Below, piece after piece: positions 7,816 through 16,687 of a DNA stretch of 64,000 bases (position 1 is its first letter; each line of letters begins with the position of its first letter). The notes below the pieces were generated by a model. That model was not told where the DNA came from and did not search any database. It saw only the letters and a list, made by a program, of their open reading frames with translations. The stretch covers positions 7,639 through 71,638 of the forward strand of contig JBBRLZ010000016.1 of assembly GCA_038231095.1 (NCBI GenBank). Reading direction: 5' to 3'. The DNA is from Gemmatimonadales bacterium. GTDB lineage: Bacteria; Gemmatimonadota; Gemmatimonadetes; Gemmatimonadales; Gemmatimonadaceae. Position numbers and translations under genes: made by a program.

Positions 7816-10800
7816 CTACTGGTGGCCACCCGCTGCCTTGATCCCTGCTGCCGGCGACATGGGATCGAGGCCCTGCCACGACTGCGCCGGCAACGTGCGC
7901 ACGGTCGGCCAGACTTCGTTGAGCGTCGCCGCTTCATACAGGCGCCCGCCCTTCATCACGTACCGCAGTGTGTTCGTGTTGCGGATGTTCGTCAGCGGAT
8001 CGCCATCCATCACGAGGATGTCGGCCATCTTGCCGACCTCCAGCGAGCCCACATCCTGCGCCAGGCCGATCGCTTCGGCACCGTAGATCGTTGCGACGCG
8101 CAGCAGGTCGTACGGCGTGATGCCACCGCTGCCCATCGCCCACATCTCCCAGTGATAGCCAAGGCCCTGCAGCTGGCCATGCGATCCCACACCGACGCGT
8201 GCACCGCCGTCGATCATCCGCTTCACGAAGTCCGCGTGCCGCGGGAAGATGTACTCGTCCTCACGGAACCAGCCGCCCGGGCCAGGACCGGTGCCGGCGC
8301 CCTGACGGCGCGACTTCGCATCGATCAGCGCGGACGGCATGAAGTGATGCAGCTTCGCATCCGCCTGCAGATCTTCATGTGTGTAGAAGAAGTTCTCACC
8401 CCACGGTCCACCGTAGCTCACCAGCAACGTCGGTGAGTTGGTGGTCTGACTCGCCTTGAACAGTTCGACGACGTCGTTGTACATCGGTGCGATCGGCAGC
8501 GCGTGCTCGACGCCCGGATAGCCATCGAGCGCATGCGTGATGTCGAGCTTGTAGTCGAGACCACCTTCGGTCGTCGGCATGATGCCAAGCTCCTTCGCCG
8601 CCATGATCACCCACTGCCGCTGCTGACGATTGCCCGTCATGTACATCTTGAGCGTCTTGGTGTCGTAGTACTGCGCGTAGCGCTTGAGGATCGAGCGTGC
8701 CTGATCGAGATCCTTGATCTGCTCCGCCCAGAACACGCCCGGCCCGGTGGAGTAGATGCGTGGCCCGATCATGCCACCGCTCTCCACGCGATCGGTGTAC
8801 GTGAGCACATCGGTGGTGCTCGTCTGCGGATCGCGCGTCGTGGTCGTGCCGTAGGCGAGCGTCGTCAGATACTGCCACACCTGTGAGGTATGCACGTCGG
8901 TCTGCAGCCACTGCGTGTGATAGTGCGTGTCGACGAAGCCCGGTGTGATCGTCTTGCCCGTGACGTCGATGATGCGCGCGTCGGCCGGGACCGGCACCGA
9001 GCCACGTGCACCGACGCCCACGATGCGACGATCGGTCACCACGATGTCGGCGTTGTCGATGATCTCGTGTCCCTTCATCGTCAGCGCGCGACCGCCACGC
9101 AGCACCACGGTGCCGGTGGGCCGATCGCGCGGCACCGTGACCACGATGCGCTTCTCGAATGGCTTGTATCCCGGCTTCGCCGAATCGCCGGCGGCCTTCT
9201 TCACCGAATCGGCAAGCGCCAACGCCTTCTTCGCACTGTCGCCCAGCGCGCCACGACGGCGTGCGTCGGCCCGCAGTGAATCATCGACCGTCTTCGCGCG
9301 ATCGAGATCGTAGATGAAGTACGCGTTCGCGAGCGAGTAGTGCACTTTGCGGCCGTCGCTGCTCCACGTCGCCATCTCGCCGGCGATATCCGTCAGGCGG
9401 CGCGCCGGGAAACTCGCGCTCGTCGGCATCGAGATGTTGATCGTCGGCACCTGGCCCGACACGGGCGGCACCGTCACCACATACAGATCGTGACCGACTT
9501 CCGCCAGCGCCTGATCGCCGGTCGGTGCCATGCGAATCGTGTTCGCGGGCATCGGCTGCGGTGTCCCTTCCATCGCCAGCTCGGGATCGAGATCGGTGTG
9601 CGCCAACGCCTCACGACTGAACACCTTCGCACTGCGCTCATTGGTCGGCATGTTCGCCGATGGCGGCACCGGGCCGACCACTTTCACGATCGCCTTCTCG
9701 TCGGTGTTGTCCCAGCGGAAGCTCACCAGCCCCTTCGCCTGCGAGAACGCGAAGATCCGCGTCGTGTCACGCGTGAAGTGCAAACCACCGCGGCCGTTCG
9801 CTGCACCGATCATCGTCAGCGCACCGCCGTCGGCCGGTACCCAGACCAACTGCTCGTCGTACACGCCGCCGCCGCCGGTGCCGAGGATCACGAGGTCGCG
9901 CGCATTGGTCATCGCGGACACGATGCGACGACCGGTCGGATCCCATGCCAGATCGGTGTAGATCGCGGCCATCGACGTCAGCTTTTTCGGCGTCGCCTTG
10001 CCGTCCACGCGCACCGTGTAGATGTGCCCACCGTCGCCATCCTTGAACGTGCTGAAGGCGATCGACTTGCCGTCCGGGCTCCATGTCGGCATCTGCTCGC
10101 CGACATCCATCGTCGTCAGGCGGCGCGGCGTTCCGTTCGGCCAATCCATCACGTACAACCGATCGACGGCGGTGAACGTCAGCTTCGTGCCGTCGGGCGA
10201 CGGCACGGTGTTACGGATCTGACGCGCCGTGAACGTCGCGCTGTCATTCACCCGCCACGCGAACTTCACTTCCGGCCCGACTGCAACATCCGCGTTCACC
10301 GTGAACGGGATCTTCGCCGGCGCGCTGCCATCCACCGGCACACGCCAGATCTCGCCGCCGTAGCTGACGACGATCGACTTGCTGTCCGGCATGAAGCTGT
10401 AACCCGGCAGCACATCGAGCGGCGAGCGCGATTCCTGATCGTCACGCTGCACGGGATAGGCGAGCCACTTCTCGTCACCACTCTGCAAGTCACGGAGGCG
10501 GAGTCCCGTCTCCACGCCCTGACGCGTGCCGTACACGAGATACTTGCCATCTGGTGAGAGCGCTGGCCGGAACGCCGACCCGTAGCGCGCCGATACCGCG
10601 CGACGTTCGCCTGTTTCACGATCGTAGACGTTCAACTGATACTGCGGCAGGATGGCGTTGTACTGCCAGTCGCCGGTCCGCGACGCGAACCAGATCTGCT
10701 TGCCGTCGGCGGAGAATGCCGCGCCAAGCGTCTTGATCTGCGCGGGCTGCGTGATGAGCTGAATGCCAGTGCCACCATCGACATGCCACATCCAGAGCTT

Positions 10801-11310
10801 GGCGGCGCCGCCGAGCGGACCACCGCTGCGCGAGGCGACGATGTACTTGCCGTCGGGTGTCCACTCCGGCGACAGCATCAGCGCGTCGTTGCCCTTCGTG
10901 ACCTGCGTCGTGTCCTTGCCGTCGAGCGACTGAATCCAGACGTTATCGCCGCCGCTGCGATCGGAAATGAAGACGACTTTCTTGCCATCCGGACTGAAGC
11001 GCGGCTGTGCATCGAATGCCAGCCCGTTCGTCAGCACCGACGCCGTGCCGCCAGCAATCGGCAGCGTGTACAGATCGCCGAGAAAGTCGAACACGATCGT
11101 CTGCCCATCCGGGCTCACGTCGAGCGACATCCAGGTGGCCTTGTTGCTGGCGAACTTTGCCGCGCGTGCCGCGACGAGTGGCAGATCCTTTTTCGCGCCG
11201 CCCTTTGCACTGTCGGCCTTCACGGCAGCTTGCGCGCTCACCAGCATCGGGACCGCCAGCACAGCTGGCAGCAACACACGACACACACTCCGCATCGAAC
11301 GCATTCTCAT
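7816..11310 (-). CDS. Exported TolB/PD40 beta-propeller protein fused to a C-terminal amidohydrolase domain
   Basis: Signal peptide MRMRSMRSVCRVLLPAVLAVPMLVSAQA, with ATG 11310 lying 8 nt after GGGGAG. Repeated SPDGK-type propeller blades (FSPDGKKVVF, LSPDGKYLVY, WSPDGKSIAF). The C-terminal ITPGFVDTHYHTQ carries the HxH metal motif of the amidohydrolase fold. Confidence 0.8.
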   Translation of the reverse strand: MRMRSMRSVCRVLLPAVLAVPMLVSAQAAVKADSAKGGAKKDLPLVAARAAKFASNKATWMSLDVSPDGQTIVFDFLGDLYTLPIAGGTASVLTNGLAFDAQPRFSPDGKKVVFISDRSGGDNVWIQSLDGKDTTQVTKGNDALMLSPEWTPDGKYIVASRSGGPLGGAAKLWMWHVDGGTGIQLITQPAQIKTLGAAFSADGKQIWFASRTGDWQYNAILPQYQLNVYDRETGERRAVSARYGSAFRPALSPDGKYLVYGTRQGVETGLRLRDLQSGDEKWLAYPVQRDDQESRSPLDVLPGYSFMPDSKSIVVSYGGEIWRVPVDGSAPAKIPFTVNADVAVGPEVKFAWRVNDSATFTARQIRNTVPSPDGTKLTFTAVDRLYVMDWPNGTPRRLTTMDVGEQMPTWSPDGKSIAFSTFKDGDGGHIYTVRVDGKATPKKLTSMAAIYTDLAWDPTGRRIVSAMTNARDLVILGTGGGGVYDEQLVWVPADGGALTMIGAANGRGGLHFTRDTTRIFAFSQAKGLVSFRWDNTDEKAIVKVVGPVPPSANMPTNERSAKVFSREALAHTDLDPELAMEGTPQPMPANTIRMAPTGDQALAEVGHDLYVVTVPPVSGQVPTINISMPTSASFPARRLTDIAGEMATWSSDGRKVHYSLANAYFIYDLDRAKTVDDSLRADARRRGALGDSAKKALALADSVKKAAGDSAKPGYKPFEKRIVVTVPRDRPTGTVVLRGGRALTMKGHEIIDNADIVVTDRRIVGVGARGSVPVPADARIIDVTGKTITPGFVDTHYHTQWLQTDVHTSQVWQYLTTLAYGTTTTRDPQTSTTDVLTYTDRVESGGMIGPRIYSTGPGVFWAEQIKDLDQARSILKRYAQYYDTKTLKMYMTGNRQQRQWVIMAAKELGIMPTTEGGLDYKLDITHALDGYPGVEHALPIAPMYNDVVELFKASQTTNSPTLLVSYGGPWGENFFYTHEDLQADAKLHHFMPSALIDAKSRRQGAGTGPGPGGWFREDEYIFPRHADFVKRMIDGGARVGVGSHGQLQGLGYHWEMWAMGSGGITPYDLLRVATIYGAEAIGLAQDVGSLEVGKMADILVMDGDPLTNIRNTNTLRYVMKGGRLYEAATLNEVWPTVRTLPAQSWQGLDPMSPAAGIKAAGGHQ

Positions 11311-11394
11311 CAAACCAGCTCCCCGGCAAAAGAAAGCATCGGTGCGCGCTGGATGCGGCACCGATGCGACTGACACACTGAACCGCACCGTGGT

Positions 11395-12105
11395 TTACCG
11401 GGCAGTGAACTGCCCCTTCAGATCCGACTTCTCGTCGCCCACCGACATCGAACCGGTGATGGCCTTTCCCGCCACCGTCATCACGATGCGGAACGGGCCG
11501 ACCGGCGTGTCGCCGCCGATGGTCACGACATTGCCGCTCACCGTGACGCTGCTCGCCGGCACGTCACCGCGCTCGGGATTGCCGCATGTCGCGTCAAATC
11601 CACCAGCGGCCGTCTTCGTCACCGCGCACGTCACGTCGAAGATGGACGCACCCATCATCGGACCGGTCGTCTTCATCTCGTAGCTGCCAACGGGGCTCAT
11701 CCCTGCGGCTGCCGCTGGCGGCATCGCGCCGCCCGCTGCGGCAAACGTGCCGTCGAGCGCCATTTCCGTGCCCTGATACGTGACCTTGCCCGTGATCTTG
11801 TCGCTGCCCGCGAACTTCATGCTCACGAGCACTGCGCCATCGGGCGAATCACCCTGCAGCGTCACACCGGTGTCGGACGGCACGACGTTGCTCACAGGAA
11901 TCTCGGGGAATCCATCCGCAGCGAGCGTGCCGGTGTAGGCAGCCCCGCTCTTCTTCAGCACGATCACCGCCTTCACCCCACCCTGCGGGCTCGTGATCAT
12001 TGTCGTGTACGTCCCGCTGACCGTGCGGCCCTGCGCGAGCAGTGACGCTGGCAGAAGCAGCAGGGCAGCCGCGGCGATTCCGGCGAAACGAAGTGTGATA
12101 CGCAT
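11395..12105 (-). CDS. Secreted hypothetical protein (two similar beta-rich halves)
   Basis: Start set at ATG 12105, giving signal peptide MRITLRFAGIAAAALLLLPASLLAQG. Coding-like composition. No family recognised. Confidence 0.6.
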   Translation of the reverse strand: MRITLRFAGIAAAALLLLPASLLAQGRTVSGTYTTMITSPQGGVKAVIVLKKSGAAYTGTLAADGFPEIPVSNVVPSDTGVTLQGDSPDGAVLVSMKFAGSDKITGKVTYQGTEMALDGTFAAAGGAMPPAAAAGMSPVGSYEMKTTGPMMGASIFDVTCAVTKTAAGGFDATCGNPERGDVPASSVTVSGNVVTIGGDTPVGPFRIVMTVAGKAITGSMSVGDEKSDLKGQFTAR

Positions 12106-12394
12106 GGGAGAGCTCGGTCGAGTGGAGGTGAACTGAGATCGTGCAAGCGTTGACGCCAACGCGCCACGTCAGGTGCTGCGGGTCCATACGCATCGACGCG
12201 CAGCAGGTGTCAGGCAATCATCTCGCAACCGGCTGACTGCCACAAATCCTCACCACTGAGCGTACGGACACAAGCAGCGGGCGCGCGTCTCCGTTGCGTC
12301 GCACTCACGAGTCCGTGACCGTCCCGGCACAAAGCAGTCACCGGTCCTCTACCTCGGCCCCGTTTCTTCAGGAAACCTCCACCCTGAGGATGCG

Positions 12395-13267
12395 ATGCCG
12401 CTTCCCGCGTTTCTGGCCGACAGCACGCCGATCGCACGCCGAGTCATCGTGCTCGTTCTCGACGGACTGCGCGCGGACCTCGTCGGCGACCCGCGCTTCC
12501 CGAACCTGATCGCGCTGCGCGACGCGAGCGCGCACACGCTGGACGCGATCACGGTCCTGCCAAGCGTGACGGCGGCCGCGATGACATCGCTCCTCTCAGG
12601 TGTCGCGCCGGCAGACCACGGCGTGGACAGTGACCGCTTCCGCGTCCCCGACCCGATCCGCGCGCTGCGCGCCGTGCCGCAGGTCGTTGCCGAGGCCGGC
12701 CTGCCGGCGCTGGGTGTCGTGCGACAGGTACCGTGGCTGATTCGCCCGCTCGCACGCCGCATCGTGGCCACACTCGGCCTCACTACCGTGCGCTTCGCGA
12801 GCGCCAATGCCCACTCGCTGCTTGCCGCCGCGCTACCGGCGCTCCGCACGCAGCGCGATGGCTTCATGATCATTCACTGGCCGGACTGCGATGCGATCGG
12901 GCACCGCGACGGGTGGATGTCGCCGGCGTATCTCGCCGCCGTCGGTCGCATGGATCACGCACTCGGCATGCTGCGCGGTGAACTCGCAGCGTCGCGCGAC
13001 GACACCCTGCTGATCGCGCTGGCGGATCACGGTGGCGGCGGACGCGTGCCGACGCATCACGACAGCGCGCATCCGCTGGATTGCACGATCCCGATCTTTC
13101 TCGATGGCGCCGGCGTGCTGCCGCAGGAACTCGGATCGGGTCTCTCGCTACTCGATGTCCCGGCGACGGTGCTGTGGGCATTGGGCCTCGCGGTGCCGGC
13201 GCAGTATGCGGGCGCTCCGATCACGGATGCCTTCATGGCACCGTCTCTTGCAGCCGCCGCCGCATGA
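12395..13267 (+). CDS. Alkaline-phosphatase-superfamily phosphodiesterase (nucleotide pyrophosphatase/phosphodiesterase, NPP type), cytoplasmic
   Basis: ATG preceded by GAGGA. Motifs are VLVLDGLRAD (metal Asp), LPSVTAAAMTSLLSG (Thr nucleophile context), DAIGHRDG and ADHGGG. No signal peptide. Confidence 0.75.
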   Translation: MPLPAFLADSTPIARRVIVLVLDGLRADLVGDPRFPNLIALRDASAHTLDAITVLPSVTAAAMTSLLSGVAPADHGVDSDRFRVPDPIRALRAVPQVVAEAGLPALGVVRQVPWLIRPLARRIVATLGLTTVRFASANAHSLLAAALPALRTQRDGFMIIHWPDCDAIGHRDGWMSPAYLAAVGRMDHALGMLRGELAASRDDTLLIALADHGGGGRVPTHHDSAHPLDCTIPIFLDGAGVLPQELGSGLSLLDVPATVLWALGLAVPAQYAGAPITDAFMAPSLAAAAA

Positions 13268-14451
13268 CTGACGTATTGATTGCATTTTCGGATACCGGCG
13301 GCGGGCACCGCGCTGCGGCCACAGCGTTGCGCGAGGCGCTCGCACGCGTGCGCCCGGACGTGCACACGCAGCTCATCGACCCGTTTGCGATCTGCCCGCG
13401 CTGGCCGTTTCGCAGCCTCGGCGCGACCTATCCGACGGTCATCGAACGCGCACCGTGGTTCTGGAACACAGGCTTCCAGCTCACGAACACACCGAAACGC
13501 ACGCACTTCGTGCAGACGCTGGCGTGGCCGGCGATGCGCGAAACGTTCCAGACGATCGCGCGCGATCACGCGCCCGATGTCATCGTGTCGACACACCCGC
13601 TGCTGACTGCCGCCCTGCGTCGCGTGTTTCCGGACACACCGATCGTCGTGGTCGTGACGGACCTGATCACCGGGCACGTGTCGTGGTACAACGAGGACGC
13701 CGACCTCACCGTCGTGCCCACACTCGCGGCGCGCGATCGCGCGGTGGAATGCGGCGTCGACAAGTGCGCACTGCACGTGCTCGGCGTGCCAGTGTCGCAA
13801 CCATTCGTTGCCGTGCCCGGAGAGAAGACGGCATTGCAGGAGCAGCTCGGCTGGTCCGTCGAGCGGCCGACGATTCTGCTGGCTGGCGGTGCCGAGGGCA
13901 TGGGTCCGCTCGAAGCGCTGAGCGCCGCGATCGATCAGGCGCAACTGCCCTGCGACATTGCCGTCGTGGCTGGCCGCAACGCGGCGCTCGCGCGACGACT
14001 GCGTGCACGGACCTGGCAGCGCGCGACGCACATCTACGACTTTGTGGGCAACTTCGCCGAGATGATGCGCGCAGCGTCGGTGTTGGTGACGAAGGCTGGC
14101 CCGGGCACCATCAGTGAAGCGTGCGCGAGCGGATGTCCGCTGGTGCTGTACGGCGCAATTCCAGGTCAGGAGACCGGCAACATCGCATTCGTGACGAACG
14201 GTCGCGCGGGCGTCTGGGCGCCATCTCCGCTGGCCGTCACGGCGGCGTTGCACGCATGGCTGATTGGTCGCGACGCGCCGGCGGCACTTCGCCGCGCATC
14301 ACATGCAGCGCTGCGTCTTGGTCGCCCGAACGCTGCGCAGGATATCGCGATGCGCATCCTGAACCTTGCCGACACGGGTCGCGTCGGCACGGCAACCGTC
14401 AGCGCGCCGATCGCGGAGTCGCCGCCCGCATTGCGGGTCGCCGCCGCGTAG
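13264..14451 (+). CDS. GT28-family diacylglycerol glycosyltransferase (MGDG-synthase/UgtP-like)
   Basis: True start is ATG 13264, overlapping the upstream stop as ATGA. N-terminal MTDVLIAFSDTGGGHRAAATAL is the MGDG_synth-type G-loop. The C-terminal KAGPGTISEA...IPGQETGNIAF matches the GT28 C-terminal motif. Confidence 0.8.
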   Translation: MTDVLIAFSDTGGGHRAAATALREALARVRPDVHTQLIDPFAICPRWPFRSLGATYPTVIERAPWFWNTGFQLTNTPKRTHFVQTLAWPAMRETFQTIARDHAPDVIVSTHPLLTAALRRVFPDTPIVVVVTDLITGHVSWYNEDADLTVVPTLAARDRAVECGVDKCALHVLGVPVSQPFVAVPGEKTALQEQLGWSVERPTILLAGGAEGMGPLEALSAAIDQAQLPCDIAVVAGRNAALARRLRARTWQRATHIYDFVGNFAEMMRAASVLVTKAGPGTISEACASGCPLVLYGAIPGQETGNIAFVTNGRAGVWAPSPLAVTAALHAWLIGRDAPAALRRASHAALRLGRPNAAQDIAMRILNLADTGRVGTATVSAPIAESPPALRVAAA

Positions 14452-14454
14452 AAC

Positions 14455-15051
14455 TCAGCGGCCCATCAGCTGGTTGCAGCTCGCATCGACAGGATCGGCG
14501 GCACCGTAGGTCGAGCGCTGCAGCTTCACGTCGCTGCCGGCGCTGCGCCGCAGCGTGAAGAGACGCGAATACTGTGAGTCGCAGAGCGACGGCATCGCGG
14601 GTCCGCCGAGCGCCTGCACGATCGGCGTGACGGTGTTGCTGTGTCCGACGACAAGCACGCCCGTGTGCCCGTACGTGGTCAGGATCGCGCGCACGGTGTC
14701 GGCCACCGCCTTCGCATGCGCCGGCACACCGTCGGGCCCGATCGGCACCACATGCACCGTGGCGTTCGTGCGCGTCACGAAGACCGATGCCGTGAGTGCA
14801 GTACGCTGCAGCTGACTCACGACCACATCGGTGATCGGCAAGGCACGCAGCTGCGCATCGAGTGCGGCGGCGCGTACCGTGCCGGCCTCGCTCAACACCG
14901 GATCGTTCGCCGGCGCCGGCGCCTTTTCGGCATGTCGCACGACGACGACCAGCATCGACGGCGTCACCGCCGATGCTGGCGACGGCAGGCGCGCGTGCGA
15001 GCAGGCCGTGGCGACGAGCAGCGCAGTCGCAAGCAGGACCGAACGTGTCAC
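14455..15051 (-). CDS. Histidine phosphatase family lipoprotein (SixA/PhoE-like)
   Basis: GTG 15051 overlaps the upstream stop as GTGA. Lipobox LLVATAC. Catalytic motifs VVVVRHAEK and VVGHSNT. Confidence 0.7.
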   Translation of the reverse strand: MTRSVLLATALLVATACSHARLPSPASAVTPSMLVVVVRHAEKAPAPANDPVLSEAGTVRAAALDAQLRALPITDVVVSQLQRTALTASVFVTRTNATVHVVPIGPDGVPAHAKAVADTVRAILTTYGHTGVLVVGHSNTVTPIVQALGGPAMPSLCDSQYSRLFTLRRSAGSDVKLQRSTYGAADPVDASCNQLMGR

Positions 15052-15494
15052 GGCAGAATCCTCGCGCGCCAGGCGGGGGGCCAGAGCTGACAGGCTTCGA
15101 CGCGGCCGAAGAACCGGAAGCGTCGCTTTGCAAAGGCCTTGTATGCGGTGTCGCGAAACCAGCGCGGCACTGCGTGGCCAAGCACACCAAGCAGGCCCCA
15201 TCCGCCACCGAGGATTCGCAGCACCGACAGGGCGGCATCGGAGTGGATCTGCACTGACGCTGCACGTGTCGGCGTGGCAGGCAGGTAGAGCACCGTCGAA
15301 TCGACATCGGCAAGCATGTCGGCGAACGGCGCCAGCGCCCACGTCGCGGTTTCACCACTCAGCGTGGCCGCACACAACCGACCATGCGCGTCACGTGACA
15401 TCGCAAAGCGGATCGCTCCATCGCAGAACCCGCACTCGCCGTCGAAGAACAGGATCGGCGAGGCGACGGCGGTGGCTCCAGCTGCTGCGGGCAT
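15048..15494 (-). CDS. DCC-family thiol-disulfide oxidoreductase (DUF393)
   Basis: ATG 15494. Signature ILFFDGECGFCDGAIRF (DGxCxxC) near the N-terminus. Confidence 0.7.
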   Translation of the reverse strand: MPAAAGATAVASPILFFDGECGFCDGAIRFAMSRDAHGRLCAATLSGETATWALAPFADMLADVDSTVLYLPATPTRAASVQIHSDAALSVLRILGGGWGLLGVLGHAVPRWFRDTAYKAFAKRRFRFFGRVEACQLWPPAWRARILP

Positions 15495-15511
15495 GGCGGC
15501 CGATGCGGTGT

Positions 15512-16054
15512 TCACCAGCCGCTTCGCGCGCGCAGCGCCGTGATGTGCGCCGTGTGATGACGACCGTGCCACGCGTAGCGCAGCAGCGAGCCGTCGATGC
15601 GCTGCGGGCCGAGTTCGGGATGCACGAACGGTCGAACCATCTGCGCGGCGTCGAGCCCACGGATGCAGGCAATCCAGCGCGCGTGAATGCCGTCGATCAG
15701 CGACAGGCTGATGTCCGCCGGCAACGCGGCCACATCGGGCAGTGCCGACCACGCCGCCTCGTCATACGGACGGATCGTGGGGCTTTCCTCCGTCAACGCG
15801 AACTTCACGCGCATGTAGGCGTGCATGTGACTGTCGGCAACATGATGCACCACCTGGCGCACCGTCCATCCGCGCTCGCGATACGGCGTTTCGAATTGCG
15901 CGGCCGTCAGTCCGTGCACCGCCGCACGCATCGCCGCCGGCAACGCCGCGATCTCGTCAATCGCGGCCGACAACGCAGCAGCCGTGACGGTGTGCGGTAC
16001 GGTGAATCGACCGACGGGATACTGCAGCGATGTCTCGGGCACAGTGGCAGTCAT
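15512..16054 (-). CDS. DinB/YfiT-family metal-dependent protein (putative thiol S-transferase)
   Basis: 180 aa. YPVGRF...FETPYRERGWTVRQVVHHVADSHMHAYMR...WHGRHHTAHI gives the His triad spacing of the YfiT/DinB four-helix bundle. Confidence 0.75.
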   Translation of the reverse strand: MTATVPETSLQYPVGRFTVPHTVTAAALSAAIDEIAALPAAMRAAVHGLTAAQFETPYRERGWTVRQVVHHVADSHMHAYMRVKFALTEESPTIRPYDEAAWSALPDVAALPADISLSLIDGIHARWIACIRGLDAAQMVRPFVHPELGPQRIDGSLLRYAWHGRHHTAHITALRARSGW

Positions 16055-16057
16055 CGA

Positions 16058-16603
16058 TCAGTGAGTAGCGAGTTGAGCGGCCACTTCGCGAATCTGTGCC
16101 GCGTGCCGCAGTTCATGGCCTCCCGTCATATACACCCACTGATACAAGTCGAGCGGACCGAAGAACGGATGCGGATGACTTGCCTGCGACAGCGCATAGC
16201 CGTCCGCCGCACGCAGCTGATCGAGCAGCGCGCCACGGGTCAGCAACAACGCGCTGAGCGCCTCCTCAGCCGACAGCTCACCGCGCGGGACGACACGCTC
16301 CGGGGCCGGCAGTCGGAATGAGCGGTCGGGAAGCTGCCGCAGCTTGGACATGTCGAGCGGCACATCGTCCGGCGCTTCGCGTGGGGGATCGGGCAGCGTC
16401 TGCATCTCGCCGAGCTTGAGTGCCACGAGCTTCGCGACGCCGCGTTCGACGATCATGAGGTGTTCGAGAATTTCAGCCACGGACCAGACGTCTTCACTCG
16501 GGCGGGCCTCGCGCAAGGGCGGCGGTACCGCATCCACCGTCGCCAGCAACTCGACGCGAGCACGGTCCGCGAAATCGATCACTGCCACGAGACGGGGGTG
16601 CAT
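16058..16603 (-). CDS. DinB_2-like family protein
   Basis: Start set at ATG 16603 (MHPRLVAVIDF...). WSVAEILEHL... and ...YMTGGHELRHAAQI are DinB-type His motifs. The 461-aa ORF-track extension runs antisense into hrpB and is Arg/His-rich noise. Confidence 0.65.
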   Translation of the reverse strand: MHPRLVAVIDFADRARVELLATVDAVPPPLREARPSEDVWSVAEILEHLMIVERGVAKLVALKLGEMQTLPDPPREAPDDVPLDMSKLRQLPDRSFRLPAPERVVPRGELSAEEALSALLLTRGALLDQLRAADGYALSQASHPHPFFGPLDLYQWVYMTGGHELRHAAQIREVAAQLATH

Positions 16604-16687
16604 TGGGACTCCTCCGGCAGTGCCGGACCGATCGTGAACGGCGTGCCCCGCGACGTCCGCAGGACCGCGCAGCTTAAAGTTAGCCTC

